A stretch of 64,000 nt of DNA from Planctomycetota bacterium (lineage in GTDB: Bacteria > Planctomycetota > SZUA-567 > H5-PLA8), in contig JBBRPR010000042.1 of NCBI GenBank assembly GCA_038227875.1, forward strand, positions 12,125 to 76,124, in the 5' to 3' direction. The position numbers and the translations under genes are program-made. Shown here piece after piece: positions 29,766 to 39,510 of the stretch (position 1 is the first letter of the stretch; every line of letters starts with the position of its first letter). The notes under the pieces were generated by a model. The model was not told the DNA's origin. It saw nothing but the letters and a program-made list of their open reading frames with translations, and made no database searches.

Positions 29766-30906
29766 ATTTGTTCCGCTGGTGTTGAAGCAGGTCTACCGGC
29801 AGCGCACGCGCAGCGCGCTGACGGCCTGTGGCGTGGCGACGGCGATGTTCCTCTTCTGCATCATCGAAGCGATGCAATCGGGGATGCGCCAGGCAACGGA
29901 AGCCAACGCCGCCGACACCACGCTGATCGTCTACCGCGAGAGCCGCTTCTGTCCGTTCACCAGCCGGCTGCCGGAGCGCTACCTCGAGCGGATACTCACT
30001 GTGCCGGGGGTGAAAAGCGCGGAGCCGATGAAAATTGTGGTGAGTAACTGCCGCGCGAGCCTGGATGTGGTCACGTTTCGCGGTGTGCGCCCCGACCTTT
30101 TCGCCAGCGCACACGCACCAAGCCTGAACGTCACCGCCGGCAGCGTCGCCGATTGGGAAGCGCGTTCCGATGCCGCACTGTTGGGAAAAACGCTGGCCGC
30201 GCGGCGCGGATTGAAAGTCGGAGACCGCTTCGACGCCAACGGCATCACTGTGGCCGTCGCCGCGATTTTCGATTCCAACGAGCCACAGGACCTGAACGTC
30301 GCGTACGTTCATCTTGACTTTTTGCAGCGCGCGCCGGGGATCAAGCAACTGGGCGTCGTGACGGAATTCAGCGTCAAAGTCGACGACCCGCGCAACGTCA
30401 AACGCGTCAGCGACGCGATCGACGCGGAGTTCAAGAGCGAACAGGACCCGACGCAGACGCGCTCGGAAAAAGCATTCGTGGCGCGCGCGGCCGGGGATCT
30501 GCTCGAGTTGATCGGCTTCACGCGCTGGCTGGGGCTCGGCTGCGTGGCGGCGGTGCTGGCTCTGGTGGCCAACACGGTGGTGCTCTCCGTCCAGGATCGC
30601 GTCCGCGAACACGCCGTGCTTCAAACGCTCGGTTTTCAAAGCGGCCTGATCGCGCGGCTGATTGTGTGCGAGGGCATTGTGCTGAGCCTGCTCGGCGGCG
30701 TGGCGGGGATCGTGCTGGCCTGCGCGGCGCTTCAATGGGGGCGCTTCAGTCTTTCCAACGAAGGTTTGAGCATCAACTTCGAAGCGTCGCTGGGCTTGTT
30801 TGCGCGGGGCATGCTGGTGACTGGCGCGCTGGGCGTGCTCGCAGGCCTCGTGCCGGCGTGGCAGGCCTCACGGCGTGAAATTGTATCGTCGTTCCGGGCA
30901 GTCTGA
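29752..30906 (+). CDS. MacB/FtsX-type ABC permease
   Basis: RSALTACGV, DRVREHAVLQTLGF and LVPAWQASR. Confidence 0.9.
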   Translation: MLPLKFVPLVLKQVYRQRTRSALTACGVATAMFLFCIIEAMQSGMRQATEANAADTTLIVYRESRFCPFTSRLPERYLERILTVPGVKSAEPMKIVVSNCRASLDVVTFRGVRPDLFASAHAPSLNVTAGSVADWEARSDAALLGKTLAARRGLKVGDRFDANGITVAVAAIFDSNEPQDLNVAYVHLDFLQRAPGIKQLGVVTEFSVKVDDPRNVKRVSDAIDAEFKSEQDPTQTRSEKAFVARAAGDLLELIGFTRWLGLGCVAAVLALVANTVVLSVQDRVREHAVLQTLGFQSGLIARLIVCEGIVLSLLGGVAGIVLACAALQWGRFSLSNEGLSINFEASLGLFARGMLVTGALGVLAGLVPAWQASRREIVSSFRAV

Positions 30907-30917
30907 AGAGGCCTTGC

Positions 30918-32078
30918 ATGAAACTGTTGCCATGGGAATACGCTGTCCGTAATCTGCGCCGCCACCCGCTGCGGCTGAGTCTCAGTGTGGCCGCGTGCGT
31001 ACTGGTCGTGCTGATGATCATGAGTGCCGCCGCATTCGTGCGCGGCATGGAGAAGAGCATGCAATTGAGCGGCGGCGAGAAAAACGTGCTGCTGATCGGC
31101 GCGGGGAGCGAAGAGAGCTTGGAGCGCAGCGAGATCACGCCCAGCGCGGCGGGGATCGCGGCGGCGAGCATCGATGGCATCAAGACGCGGCTGGGCGTGC
31201 CGTACGTTTCGCCGGAAGTTCACATGGCCACGTTGGTGAAACTGGACCGCGGCGACGAGCGCACACTGCTCACGCTCTTTCGCGGCATCACCTCGACGGC
31301 GTTCCTGGTCCATCCGCAGGTGCGAATCACGTCCGGCCGCGCGCCGGGGCAGAATGAAATTCTCGTCGGCAAACTCGCCTCGGCAAAAATGGGCGTCCCC
31401 GATGACCGCCTCGCCGTTGGCAAAACGCTCTGGATGGACGGCCGCACCTGGACCGTCAGCGGCCGCTTCGAAGCGCCGGGCACAGTGATGGAAGCCGAGC
31501 TCTGGTGCCCGTTGAAAGACTTGCAGCTGGCCGCCAAGCGCGACAATCTGTCCTGCATCGTCATCTCTCTTGGCACGGCGGAGCTCGCCGACGTGAAGTA
31601 CTTCTGCCAGCAGCGACTCGACCTGGAAATCGTCGCGCTGCCGGAAGCGGAATATTACGGCAAGCTTTTGAAGTTCTACCGGCCGGTGCAGAGCGTGGTG
31701 TGGATCACCGCGATCCTGATTGCGCTCGGCGGATTGTTTGGCGGCTTGAATACGATGTACGCGGCGTTCGCGGCGCGCATCCGGGAACTGGGCACGCTCC
31801 AGGCGATCGGTTTTTCGCGCGCCGCAATCATCGTCAGTTTGATCCAGGAATCGCTGCTGGCGTGCGCCGCCGGTTCGTTGCTGGCTGCTCTCGTCGGCGT
31901 GATTCTGCTCGATGGATTCGCGGTGCGTTTTTCAATGGGGGCGTTTGGAATGGCGATGGACGGGCCGGTGCTCGCGGTCGGGTTGACGTCCGGATTGGCG
32001 CTGGGTCTGTTCGGTGCGTTGCCTCCGGCGTGGCGCTGTCTGCGCATGCCGGTGGCGGAATCGTTGAAGGCGTCGTGA
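30918..32078 (+). CDS. MacB/FtsX-type ABC permease
   Basis: RNLRRHPLR, RIRELGTLQAIGF and LPPAWR. Confidence 0.9.
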   Translation: MKLLPWEYAVRNLRRHPLRLSLSVAACVLVVLMIMSAAAFVRGMEKSMQLSGGEKNVLLIGAGSEESLERSEITPSAAGIAAASIDGIKTRLGVPYVSPEVHMATLVKLDRGDERTLLTLFRGITSTAFLVHPQVRITSGRAPGQNEILVGKLASAKMGVPDDRLAVGKTLWMDGRTWTVSGRFEAPGTVMEAELWCPLKDLQLAAKRDNLSCIVISLGTAELADVKYFCQQRLDLEIVALPEAEYYGKLLKFYRPVQSVVWITAILIALGGLFGGLNTMYAAFAARIRELGTLQAIGFSRAAIIVSLIQESLLACAAGSLLAALVGVILLDGFAVRFSMGAFGMAMDGPVLAVGLTSGLALGLFGALPPAWRCLRMPVAESLKAS

Positions 32079-32094
32079 GTCGTATTGGGTTTTA

Positions 32095-32120
32095 ACCAGG
32101 TAACAAATTTGTTACCTGGT
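32095..32120. repeat. AATT-centred perfect palindrome (26 bp)
   Basis: ACCAGGTAACA-AATT-TGTTACCTGGT. Confidence 0.85.
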
Positions 32121-32156
32121 CGATGTCGCGAAATGTAGAAGGAAAAGGAGACGTCC

Positions 32157-32711
32157 ATGAAAACAGTGTGTGCAGTGATGATGTTCGGCGTAGCCGTGTT
32201 GGCGCTGTCGGGTTGCGGAGAGGCCCAGAAACCTGCGGCGCCCGTCGACGTCCCGAAATCCGCGCCGTTGCCGTCGGGATTCATTCTGAAGGAAGCTCCC
32301 GCAGGCGCGAAGGATGTGGGCGCGACGAAGGCGACGGCGAAGGAAGGCGACGAGATCGTGATTCGAGGCCAGATCGGCGGCTCGCCCAAGGACGTCTTCA
32401 ATCCCGGCCGCGCGTCGTTCTCCATCGCCGACATGAAGCTGCCGGCCTGCAGCACGAAGCCCGGCGACAAATGCGAGACGCCGTGGGACTTCTGTTGCGA
32501 AACGCCGGAAACGCTCAGCGCCAACACCGCGATGATTCAGTTCACCGATGCCGACGGCAAGATTCTCAAAAACGATGTGCGCGGAGCCAACGGCATCGAG
32601 TATCTCAGCGTCGTCGTGGTCAAAGGCAAAGTGGCCAAGCGCGAAGGTCCGAATCTGCTGGTGAACGCGACGGGTGTGTTTGTTGAGAAAACGGTGCCGC
32701 TGCCGCATTGA
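32157..32711 (+). CDS. Lipoprotein with a four-Cys motif, possible OB fold
   Basis: Lipobox LSGC, CSTKPGDKCETPWDFCC, AAGGAG RBS. Confidence 0.8.
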   Translation: MKTVCAVMMFGVAVLALSGCGEAQKPAAPVDVPKSAPLPSGFILKEAPAGAKDVGATKATAKEGDEIVIRGQIGGSPKDVFNPGRASFSIADMKLPACSTKPGDKCETPWDFCCETPETLSANTAMIQFTDADGKILKNDVRGANGIEYLSVVVVKGKVAKREGPNLLVNATGVFVEKTVPLPH

Positions 32712-32712
32712 A

Positions 32713-35700
32713 CTATTTCTTCGGCTTGAACTTCAAGGCCAGGTCGCGGTGAACGACCAGCAGCTTCAGTTCAATGCGCGTGTTCTCGTCGGCGACCTGG
32801 ATCTCCGACGACTCGATGATCTCACCGGTGTAGGTGTTCCAGTATTCCACGGTGTACGTGCCGCCCTTCATCTTGGTCACGTGCATCACGGCGTTGCTGG
32901 CGGTGAAATCACCGGCGGCCAGCGGCGTCGAGGGGTGATAGATCCACGCGTACATGCGGCGGTTGGATTTCATCGCGCGGCCGCTGAGCTGAACTCCATC
33001 GGCCTGGATGTTGCTGCGAAACGCGGTCTCGAGCGGCGATTCGTCCTTGCCGGGGCGCATGTCTTCGCCGTCCATGAACTTCGCGAGCGCTTTGTAATCG
33101 TCGTAACGGTTGTCGAAATGGACGTGCAGCCACCACCAGTAACCGGTGGCGCCGCCGAGCGGTTCGACGACAGAGCCCCACAGACCGGCGTGCAGATCGG
33201 CATCGAGCTCTTCGCGTGAATTGTTCTGCACGCCACGCTTTTCGTCGACGCCCATCCAGTGGCGGCCCTGCTCTTCAACCAGCGCGGGTTTGTTATACGC
33301 GTGAAAACCACGCAGGCCCTGGTTCGGGTTGCCGGACCAGAATGCGCTGAGCGCGTGATCGGCATTGAACTCGCCCTGATTGATCTGCAGCTCGTCGAAC
33401 GCGGAGTAGGCGTTGCTGGTCGCGAAGTCGACTTCCGGCAGGCTCAGCGTCCGTTCGCCGCGGTTGGGATGGCTGAAGTGCGTCGTCACCAGATGGCGGT
33501 ACGGATCGTTGTCCTTGAGGAACGTCGACATCTGCGCCACCCAGCTTTCAATATTCGGCGCGGCCTGGTCGGGGCGGTTCCACGCCACACTGGGTTCGTA
33601 CTCTTCGGTGAATTCCATTTCGCTGCACAGGCACCACGCGAAGATTGACGGCGAGTGGGCGTAGCGCGCGATCACGTAGCGCAGCTTGTTCTGATGAGCG
33701 ATCTTGGCTGAGGCCGCGGTGAAGAATTCACTCGCGGTGGTCAGCGGGCCGCCGGCCTTGTGGTTGTACGGATTGTTTTTCCATTCGGTGTCGATGTCGA
33801 GCGTGAACTGGCCGTGGTTGCTCAAGCCCAGGTCGACGCGGATGTTGTTCTCTTCGCATTTGCGCAGCAGATAATCCATGCGCCAGGCGTTGAGCATGTT
33901 GTAGCGCGCGAAGCCCTGGTAGCCGTTCCAGTCGCTGCGCCATTCCAGCGCGCACCACCACGAACACATCCAGATGCGCGCCCAGTTGATGCCATTGGCG
34001 CCGAACTTCGCGAGGTACTCGTCGTACTGATAGGTGCCGCGCTTGCCGATCTTCTCAATCGACTCCTTGCTCCATTTGGGATCCTGGTACGGCAAGCGTG
34101 TGTCGCTGGGGCTGCGCAGGCACGGTCCGATCGGATAGTAAAACGCGCCGTCGTCGTACTGAAAGTGCCGGCGGTCGTCGGCGACGCGGATGAAACCATG
34201 GAACGGCGTTTTCGCTTCCGCTCCAACGATGAACGCCTGCTTGCCCATGTCGAGCTTCGCGGTGACGCCACCTTTCACGAAATTCACGGTCGCGATTTTG
34301 CGGCGGCCGTCGGCGTGTCGGTCGTAATGCATGTCGGTCCAGTGGCCACCCGGATAGGCTTCCTGCGCCGCGCCTTCCGGCGTGTAACGCGTGTCGCCGC
34401 TCCACGCCTCGTTGACGTCGTAGCGGCCGCCTTCGCGCAGTTCCATCACGACGCTGTGCGGGCCGGCTTCCTGCGCGCGGTAGCGGACGGTGAAAAACTC
34501 TTCGCCGAGCGGTTCGACGATCTCTTCGCCGCCCTTGGTCTTCTCGCGCCGTTCGCAGAGCACATTAAAGAAGGCCGGGACCGTCACGCGCTTGCCCGAC
34601 GGCGTCGTGACCACCGCGCAGAGATCGCATTCACAGGGATCGAATGGGTTGTTGAAGGTCTTCGAGATGCGGAAATTGCTCTCCCACAGTTCGCCCAGCG
34701 CCAGTGTCATCGGCTTGGCGTCGGGCGGCACAGGTTTGTTTCCCGCCGGCGAGGGCAGCACGCGGGCGATGTTCACGGGCGAAGCCTTGGCGTGCGGGAA
34801 AATCACCGCGCGGATGTTGTCGAAGCGCGCGCTGAGCGTCAACGCCTGCTTGTTCTGCGGCGACCAGTTCGGATGCGTGCTGAAGACATGCAGGCCCAGT
34901 TCCGTCACGCGCTGCCGGCTGTAATCGGTCCAGAGCTTCTTCGAATTGTGCGGCTTCAACTGCTGTGCATTGCGGCCGCTGACATCCAGCGCGTACGTCG
35001 TCCAATCGCCGGGGCGGATCATGCCCGGCAGCAGCGTCTCAAACCAGATGCCGTCGCGGTCGCGCAAATGGACGCCGACGCGGAGGTCGGCCGGGGCGTC
35101 GGCGGGAATCCAGACGTCGAAGAGAATTGAATCGGCGGCGCTTAAGTTTGGTTCCTGCGCGATCAAGCCGCCGCGCACACGGTACGTGTTCATCAGGCTC
35201 AGCGCCGTGGTGCGCGGATCGCGCGCCTGAATGCTGACGCTCGGTCGCCCGTTCATGCCGCCGTCGAGAATCTTCGTTTCGGCCGCCGACGTGAGCGGAT
35301 CGGCCGTCCAGCGCGAGGGGAACGGCGAGACGCGTGCGCCACTGGTGGCCGGCTCAAACGAACCGAGCACCGTGGTCACGCTCGGTTCACGCGCGAGCGG
35401 ATTGAGCGTGCGCACGGCCACGCCTTGCGGCAGTGGCCAGACGGCCAGGCTGCTGGCGAGCTTGGCGTGGAAGACCGACGAGGCCGGATGCGCCAACCGC
35501 GGCGTGAGCAGCATTTCGGAGACGCCTTTGGAGAGCGACCAGCGCGCCACGGTGTAGCGCATCACGCGGCGGCAATAATCCAGGCCTTCATCGGTGGAGA
35601 AAATCTGGCCGGGCGCGTCGAGCGCGCCGTTAAGCGGGTGCGTGTCCCAGTTGAACACGCCCTCGCGCTCCAGGCCTTCGCCGTCGAGAATCACCAGCGG

Positions 35701-36939
35701 CCGCGCGTCGCCGCTGAGTCCCGCGCGCTGCAGTTGCAGATCCATGTCTTCAGCGATGCGCAGATCGGGACGCGACGCGCCGCCGAAGTTGCCCCAATTG
35801 GAATTCCAGAAGAGCACCGGCCGCCAGACTTCACCGCTGATCGGCAGCGCGTCGGCCGGCGACGGCAGCCACGCGCCGCCGGGCGTCAGCGTCCAATACC
35901 GCGGCGCGCTGCCCCAGCCCGGATCGTCGCTGGGAAGTTTTTGCGTGAGCGGCGCGCTCCAGCGTTCCGCGGATGGCAGGTCGCCCACGCTCGTCGCCGG
36001 CGATTCCGGACGGCCGAGGCTGGCGACCGAAAATTCCCAGCGCCGTCCGGCTCCGCTGATCGCCAACTTGCCGCTGTTGGGCCACGACGGCAGATGCGCG
36101 CGCCAGTAGGGCCGGCCGACGGGCATGCGCCGCTGCGCCCGCCCGTCGTTGACGGTGATGTAATCCTGATCGTAAAACGCAAGCGCCTGCTTGCCGTCGG
36201 GAAGCAGCACGCGAACATCCGAGTCGCCGCTGCCCGAGAATGGATCGGCCGGCGCCGGTTCGATGCGGAAGACGACCGTCGCTTCCGCACGGTAGCCGGG
36301 TGGCGGAGCTTCCACGCGCAGTTCCGTCAGGGACGGTCCGCGCGCCGAACTTCCCGACGCCTGCTCCAGCAGCGCATTCGTGAGCGTGATGGCCGCGATC
36401 TCCTGCGAGGAGCTCGCACCGCCGTAACATTCCGCGCGCAATTCGATGCGCGTGATCTCCGCCGCCGCCAGCGCGTCCCACGGACGCACGTGGCCTTCGG
36501 GAATCAGATCGCTTTCGTCGGGATCGACTTGCGCCGAGACGGTCACTACGCCGCCGGAGCCGACGGGGACTGCGGCGGCCGTGGAATACAATCCGCCGAC
36601 GCGGCTTTCGATCACCCAGCGCAGGCGCACCGCCGCCATGCCCGTTTTTTCACGCATGGCACGGATCGAGAGGCGTTGAAAGCGCGATAGATCCCAGATC
36701 TTTTGATTCTTGGAAGCAGGCGTGGCTTCACGTGAGACCTGACCGTTGCCCACAGGAATATTCCACGGCTTGGTCGGCGTTTCGAAGGCGGCGACGAAGG
36801 TCTCGTTAAGAAGAGCAGAATTGGGGGCTATTTCGGCACATGTGCAATATGCTGGGGTCAGCAGGGCGAGTAATAGAAGGTGCTTTCCGGCCAATGTTCG
36901 TGCACTACTTACCATCGATTTCACCCGCTGTACGCTCAC
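32713..36939 (-). CDS. Large secreted glycoside hydrolase-like protein (DUF5060 plus clan GH-A-type TIM barrel), internally duplicated
   Basis: NPFDP...VPAFF, GFIRV, GINWARIW, LRYVIARY, HLVTTHF and KPALVEEQG. Exact start uncertain. Confidence 0.75.
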   Translation of the reverse strand: MSVQRVKSMVSSARTLAGKHLLLLALLTPAYCTCAEIAPNSALLNETFVAAFETPTKPWNIPVGNGQVSREATPASKNQKIWDLSRFQRLSIRAMREKTGMAAVRLRWVIESRVGGLYSTAAAVPVGSGGVVTVSAQVDPDESDLIPEGHVRPWDALAAAEITRIELRAECYGGASSSQEIAAITLTNALLEQASGSSARGPSLTELRVEAPPPGYRAEATVVFRIEPAPADPFSGSGDSDVRVLLPDGKQALAFYDQDYITVNDGRAQRRMPVGRPYWRAHLPSWPNSGKLAISGAGRRWEFSVASLGRPESPATSVGDLPSAERWSAPLTQKLPSDDPGWGSAPRYWTLTPGGAWLPSPADALPISGEVWRPVLFWNSNWGNFGGASRPDLRIAEDMDLQLQRAGLSGDARPLVILDGEGLEREGVFNWDTHPLNGALDAPGQIFSTDEGLDYCRRVMRYTVARWSLSKGVSEMLLTPRLAHPASSVFHAKLASSLAVWPLPQGVAVRTLNPLAREPSVTTVLGSFEPATSGARVSPFPSRWTADPLTSAAETKILDGGMNGRPSVSIQARDPRTTALSLMNTYRVRGGLIAQEPNLSAADSILFDVWIPADAPADLRVGVHLRDRDGIWFETLLPGMIRPGDWTTYALDVSGRNAQQLKPHNSKKLWTDYSRQRVTELGLHVFSTHPNWSPQNKQALTLSARFDNIRAVIFPHAKASPVNIARVLPSPAGNKPVPPDAKPMTLALGELWESNFRISKTFNNPFDPCECDLCAVVTTPSGKRVTVPAFFNVLCERREKTKGGEEIVEPLGEEFFTVRYRAQEAGPHSVVMELREGGRYDVNEAWSGDTRYTPEGAAQEAYPGGHWTDMHYDRHADGRRKIATVNFVKGGVTAKLDMGKQAFIVGAEAKTPFHGFIRVADDRRHFQYDDGAFYYPIGPCLRSPSDTRLPYQDPKWSKESIEKIGKRGTYQYDEYLAKFGANGINWARIWMCSWWCALEWRSDWNGYQGFARYNMLNAWRMDYLLRKCEENNIRVDLGLSNHGQFTLDIDTEWKNNPYNHKAGGPLTTASEFFTAASAKIAHQNKLRYVIARYAHSPSIFAWCLCSEMEFTEEYEPSVAWNRPDQAAPNIESWVAQMSTFLKDNDPYRHLVTTHFSHPNRGERTLSLPEVDFATSNAYSAFDELQINQGEFNADHALSAFWSGNPNQGLRGFHAYNKPALVEEQGRHWMGVDEKRGVQNNSREELDADLHAGLWGSVVEPLGGATGYWWWLHVHFDNRYDDYKALAKFMDGEDMRPGKDESPLETAFRSNIQADGVQLSGRAMKSNRRMYAWIYHPSTPLAAGDFTASNAVMHVTKMKGGTYTVEYWNTYTGEIIESSEIQVADENTRIELKLLVVHRDLALKFKPKK

Positions 36940-37299
36940 CTTACGCTGCCACGCACCTTGTTACAACGGTTAAATACGCTGCGCGTATCGCGAAATCGTG
37001 CAAATCTGCAAGATGTCACGCCAGTGGACAATATAACGATACGTGTAACCTCTGGAGACATGGTATTGATACGCACTGCACCTCAGACGGTCACGCAATT
37101 TAAGCCCGCGAAAAATGTTATTTTTTGAGCGGCAAACGATCTCTCGAGTAAACTCACATAGTGTGGTTGGACAAGTAAGGTGGGTTGTGCCAATGGGCGC
37201 AAACGCGGTAAGACAAATTTACCTGCGTACCTCTATTTAACGCAGGGCGGACGCGCTATATTCGTCGTCATTGCGTCCACATCAACTGGGGGTCTGACC

Positions 37300-38757
37300 A
37301 TGAAATTCTCCAAGCTCAGCGCGCTGACCATCGTCTGCATCGTAGCAGTGGTCGCAGTCGGTCAGGATCAAGTCGGCCCCTCCCCCGCACCCTCGCAGGT
37401 CAGTACCTCAACAGCGACCACGTCCGCAGTTGCCTCGCGCGCACCGACGACGCAGTACGACTGCGGCGACCCGACGGCCGACGAACAGCTGGTGCTGGAG
37501 TACATCAACCGCGCCCGCGCCAACCCCACGGCGGAAGGCACGCGATTGGGCATCAATATCACCGAAGGCCTGACTGCCGCCGAAGTGCCGCTGGTCCAGG
37601 TCCGTCCGCCGCTGGCGATGAACAAGACGCTGCTGAGCACGGCCCGTACTCACAGCCAGGACATGTACACCAACAATTATTTCGCGCACACCGATCTGCA
37701 GGGAAAGGATCCGTTCCAGCGCATCACCGCTGCCGGCTATACGTTCAATTCCGCGGGTGAAAACATCGCAACGGGCAGCAGCAACAATGCCGTGCAGTTG
37801 GAAGACCTGCTGATGGTCGATGCGGGAATTTCAGACCGCGGCCATCGCTTGAATCTGCTGAGCATTTACGACACGTCGACACCTGTTTACCGTGAAGTGG
37901 GCATCGGCGAATTCGACGGCTCGACGCCCAATCCGTCGGGCTTCAAGAATTTCCAGACGCAGGATTTCGGCGCGTCGAGCACCGGACCGTTCATCGTCGG
38001 TGTGGTCTACAACGACGCCAACGGCAACGGCTTTTACGATAAGGGCGAAGGCGTCGCCGGCATTACGATCATGCCCGATGTCGGCACGTTCTACGCCGTC
38101 TCGTCAACGACTGGCGGCTATGCGATTCCGGTTCCCGCTTCCGGCACGATTACGCTGACGGCCTCCGGCGGTTCGCTGGCCACGCCAATCGTCAAACAAA
38201 TCACGATGGCCGGCGTGAACGTCAAAGTCGATTTCAACCCCAGCGGCGGTGGCACCGGAACCGGCACGGGGACAAGCACCAGCACGGACACGGGAACGTC
38301 GACGGGCACGGGCACTGGAACCGGCACGTCGCCGACGAATCTGGTCATCGCCAAGTTCGGGGTGAAGCTCAATCTGCTCAAGCCCTCAATGGACAGCATC
38401 ACCTTCAGCGGCACGCTGCCGATCGTCGCCAATCAGGGGGTGGCGGGCACGGTCTCAATGTCGATCGGCACGATTCAGAAATCGTTGACGCTCAGCAGCA
38501 AAGGGATGGGCGTTTCCGGCACGGACAGTTTCAAACTGCGCGTGAAGACCAAGAAAGGCGTGGTCCTCGCGCAAGCCGCGCCCTTCGCCGCAAAGTTCAT
38601 GAAGGGCAGCTACGCCACGGCGCTCGCCGCCAACGGGCTGACAGGCACGTCGGCCAGCGTCTCGATCCCGATCACGTTGACGTATGCAGGGCTGACGTAT
38701 CAGGTGGTGGTGAGCAAGACGTATACGTCGAACGGGAAGATTGGGACGGCGAAGTAG
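37300..38757 (+). CDS. Secreted CAP (SCP) domain protein with a Lys-rich C-terminal domain
   Basis: LEYINRARANP, ARTHSQDM, YFAH, GENIA, RGHRLNLL, and a GT-rich linker. Confidence 0.88.
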   Translation: MKFSKLSALTIVCIVAVVAVGQDQVGPSPAPSQVSTSTATTSAVASRAPTTQYDCGDPTADEQLVLEYINRARANPTAEGTRLGINITEGLTAAEVPLVQVRPPLAMNKTLLSTARTHSQDMYTNNYFAHTDLQGKDPFQRITAAGYTFNSAGENIATGSSNNAVQLEDLLMVDAGISDRGHRLNLLSIYDTSTPVYREVGIGEFDGSTPNPSGFKNFQTQDFGASSTGPFIVGVVYNDANGNGFYDKGEGVAGITIMPDVGTFYAVSSTTGGYAIPVPASGTITLTASGGSLATPIVKQITMAGVNVKVDFNPSGGGTGTGTGTSTSTDTGTSTGTGTGTGTSPTNLVIAKFGVKLNLLKPSMDSITFSGTLPIVANQGVAGTVSMSIGTIQKSLTLSSKGMGVSGTDSFKLRVKTKKGVVLAQAAPFAAKFMKGSYATALAANGLTGTSASVSIPITLTYAGLTYQVVVSKTYTSNGKIGTAK

Positions 38758-38807
38758 TGAGTCCTCGCGTGCATTCGTAGCATGTTGTACTGCAATTTGG
38801 ACTATGA

Positions 38808-39002
38808 TTGTGTGCCACTGGTGGCTGGCAGTTAAGCCACCAGTGCGACCTCGAGACAAATGGTCGCCCGTTCGAATTGTGATGCTTGCATGCTACGGCA
38901 CTTTGCATGCGTGCCCCCGCGCATTCAATGCCGCACGCACCGTATTAGCCCGTCCGCAAGTTCGCACTGGTGGCTTTACAGCCAGCCACCAGTGGCACAC
39001 AA
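38808..39002. repeat. REP doublet (REPIN-like)
   Basis: Two 44-bp inverted arms (38808-38851 and 38959-39002), each itself a hairpin CACTGGTGGCT-N8-AGCCACCAGTG, between convergent genes. Confidence 0.85.
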
Positions 39003-39048
39003 CAGCAGCCTCAATTGCAGGACAATGCGGCAGACTGCCTACTAGTCG

Positions 39049-39510
39049 TTACTTTCCGCCTTCGCCAGAAACCGCGAAGCTCACTTTCGTAATCCCCGCA
39101 GCGCGCAGCGCGGACAATACTTTGATCACCGAACCGTGCCGTGCGTTCGTGTCGCCGCGGACGGTGACGGTTTCGCTTTCATGGCCTTTGAGCAGCTTCG
39201 GGATTTCGGTGTCGATGTTTGCGGCTTCGACGGATTTGTCGCCGACGTAGACGCGGCCGGTCGGGTCGACGGAGACCACGATCGCCGCGGCGTTCGTGCC
39301 GCCGCCGGCAGTGCCCTTGGCGTGCGGAAGATCCACGTCGACGCCGTCCTTGGTCATCGACGGCGCGGTGACGATGAAGATCACCAGCAGCACGAGCATC
39401 ACGTCGACCAGCGGCGTGATGTTGATGTCCGCGACCATCCGCCGGCGCCGGCGCTTGCGCCCGCCGCCACGTTGAACGGTCGCCCCGCCTCCGCCGCCTG
39501 CCATCCCCAT
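39049..39510 (-). CDS. tolR: TolR/ExbD family protein
   Basis: DINITPLVDVMLVLLVIFIVTAP, VRGD and AGITKVSF. Confidence 0.85.
   Translation of the reverse strand: MGMAGGGGGATVQRGGGRKRRRRRMVADINITPLVDVMLVLLVIFIVTAPSMTKDGVDVDLPHAKGTAGGGTNAAAIVVSVDPTGRVYVGDKSVEAANIDTEIPKLLKGHESETVTVRGDTNARHGSVIKVLSALRAAGITKVSFAVSGEGGK

Noticed and set aside
37156..37173. ACATAGTGT-GG-TTGGACA resembling the dyad at 14731-14749
   Set aside because: The spacing differs and the second half-site is incomplete; two instances cannot establish a regulon.
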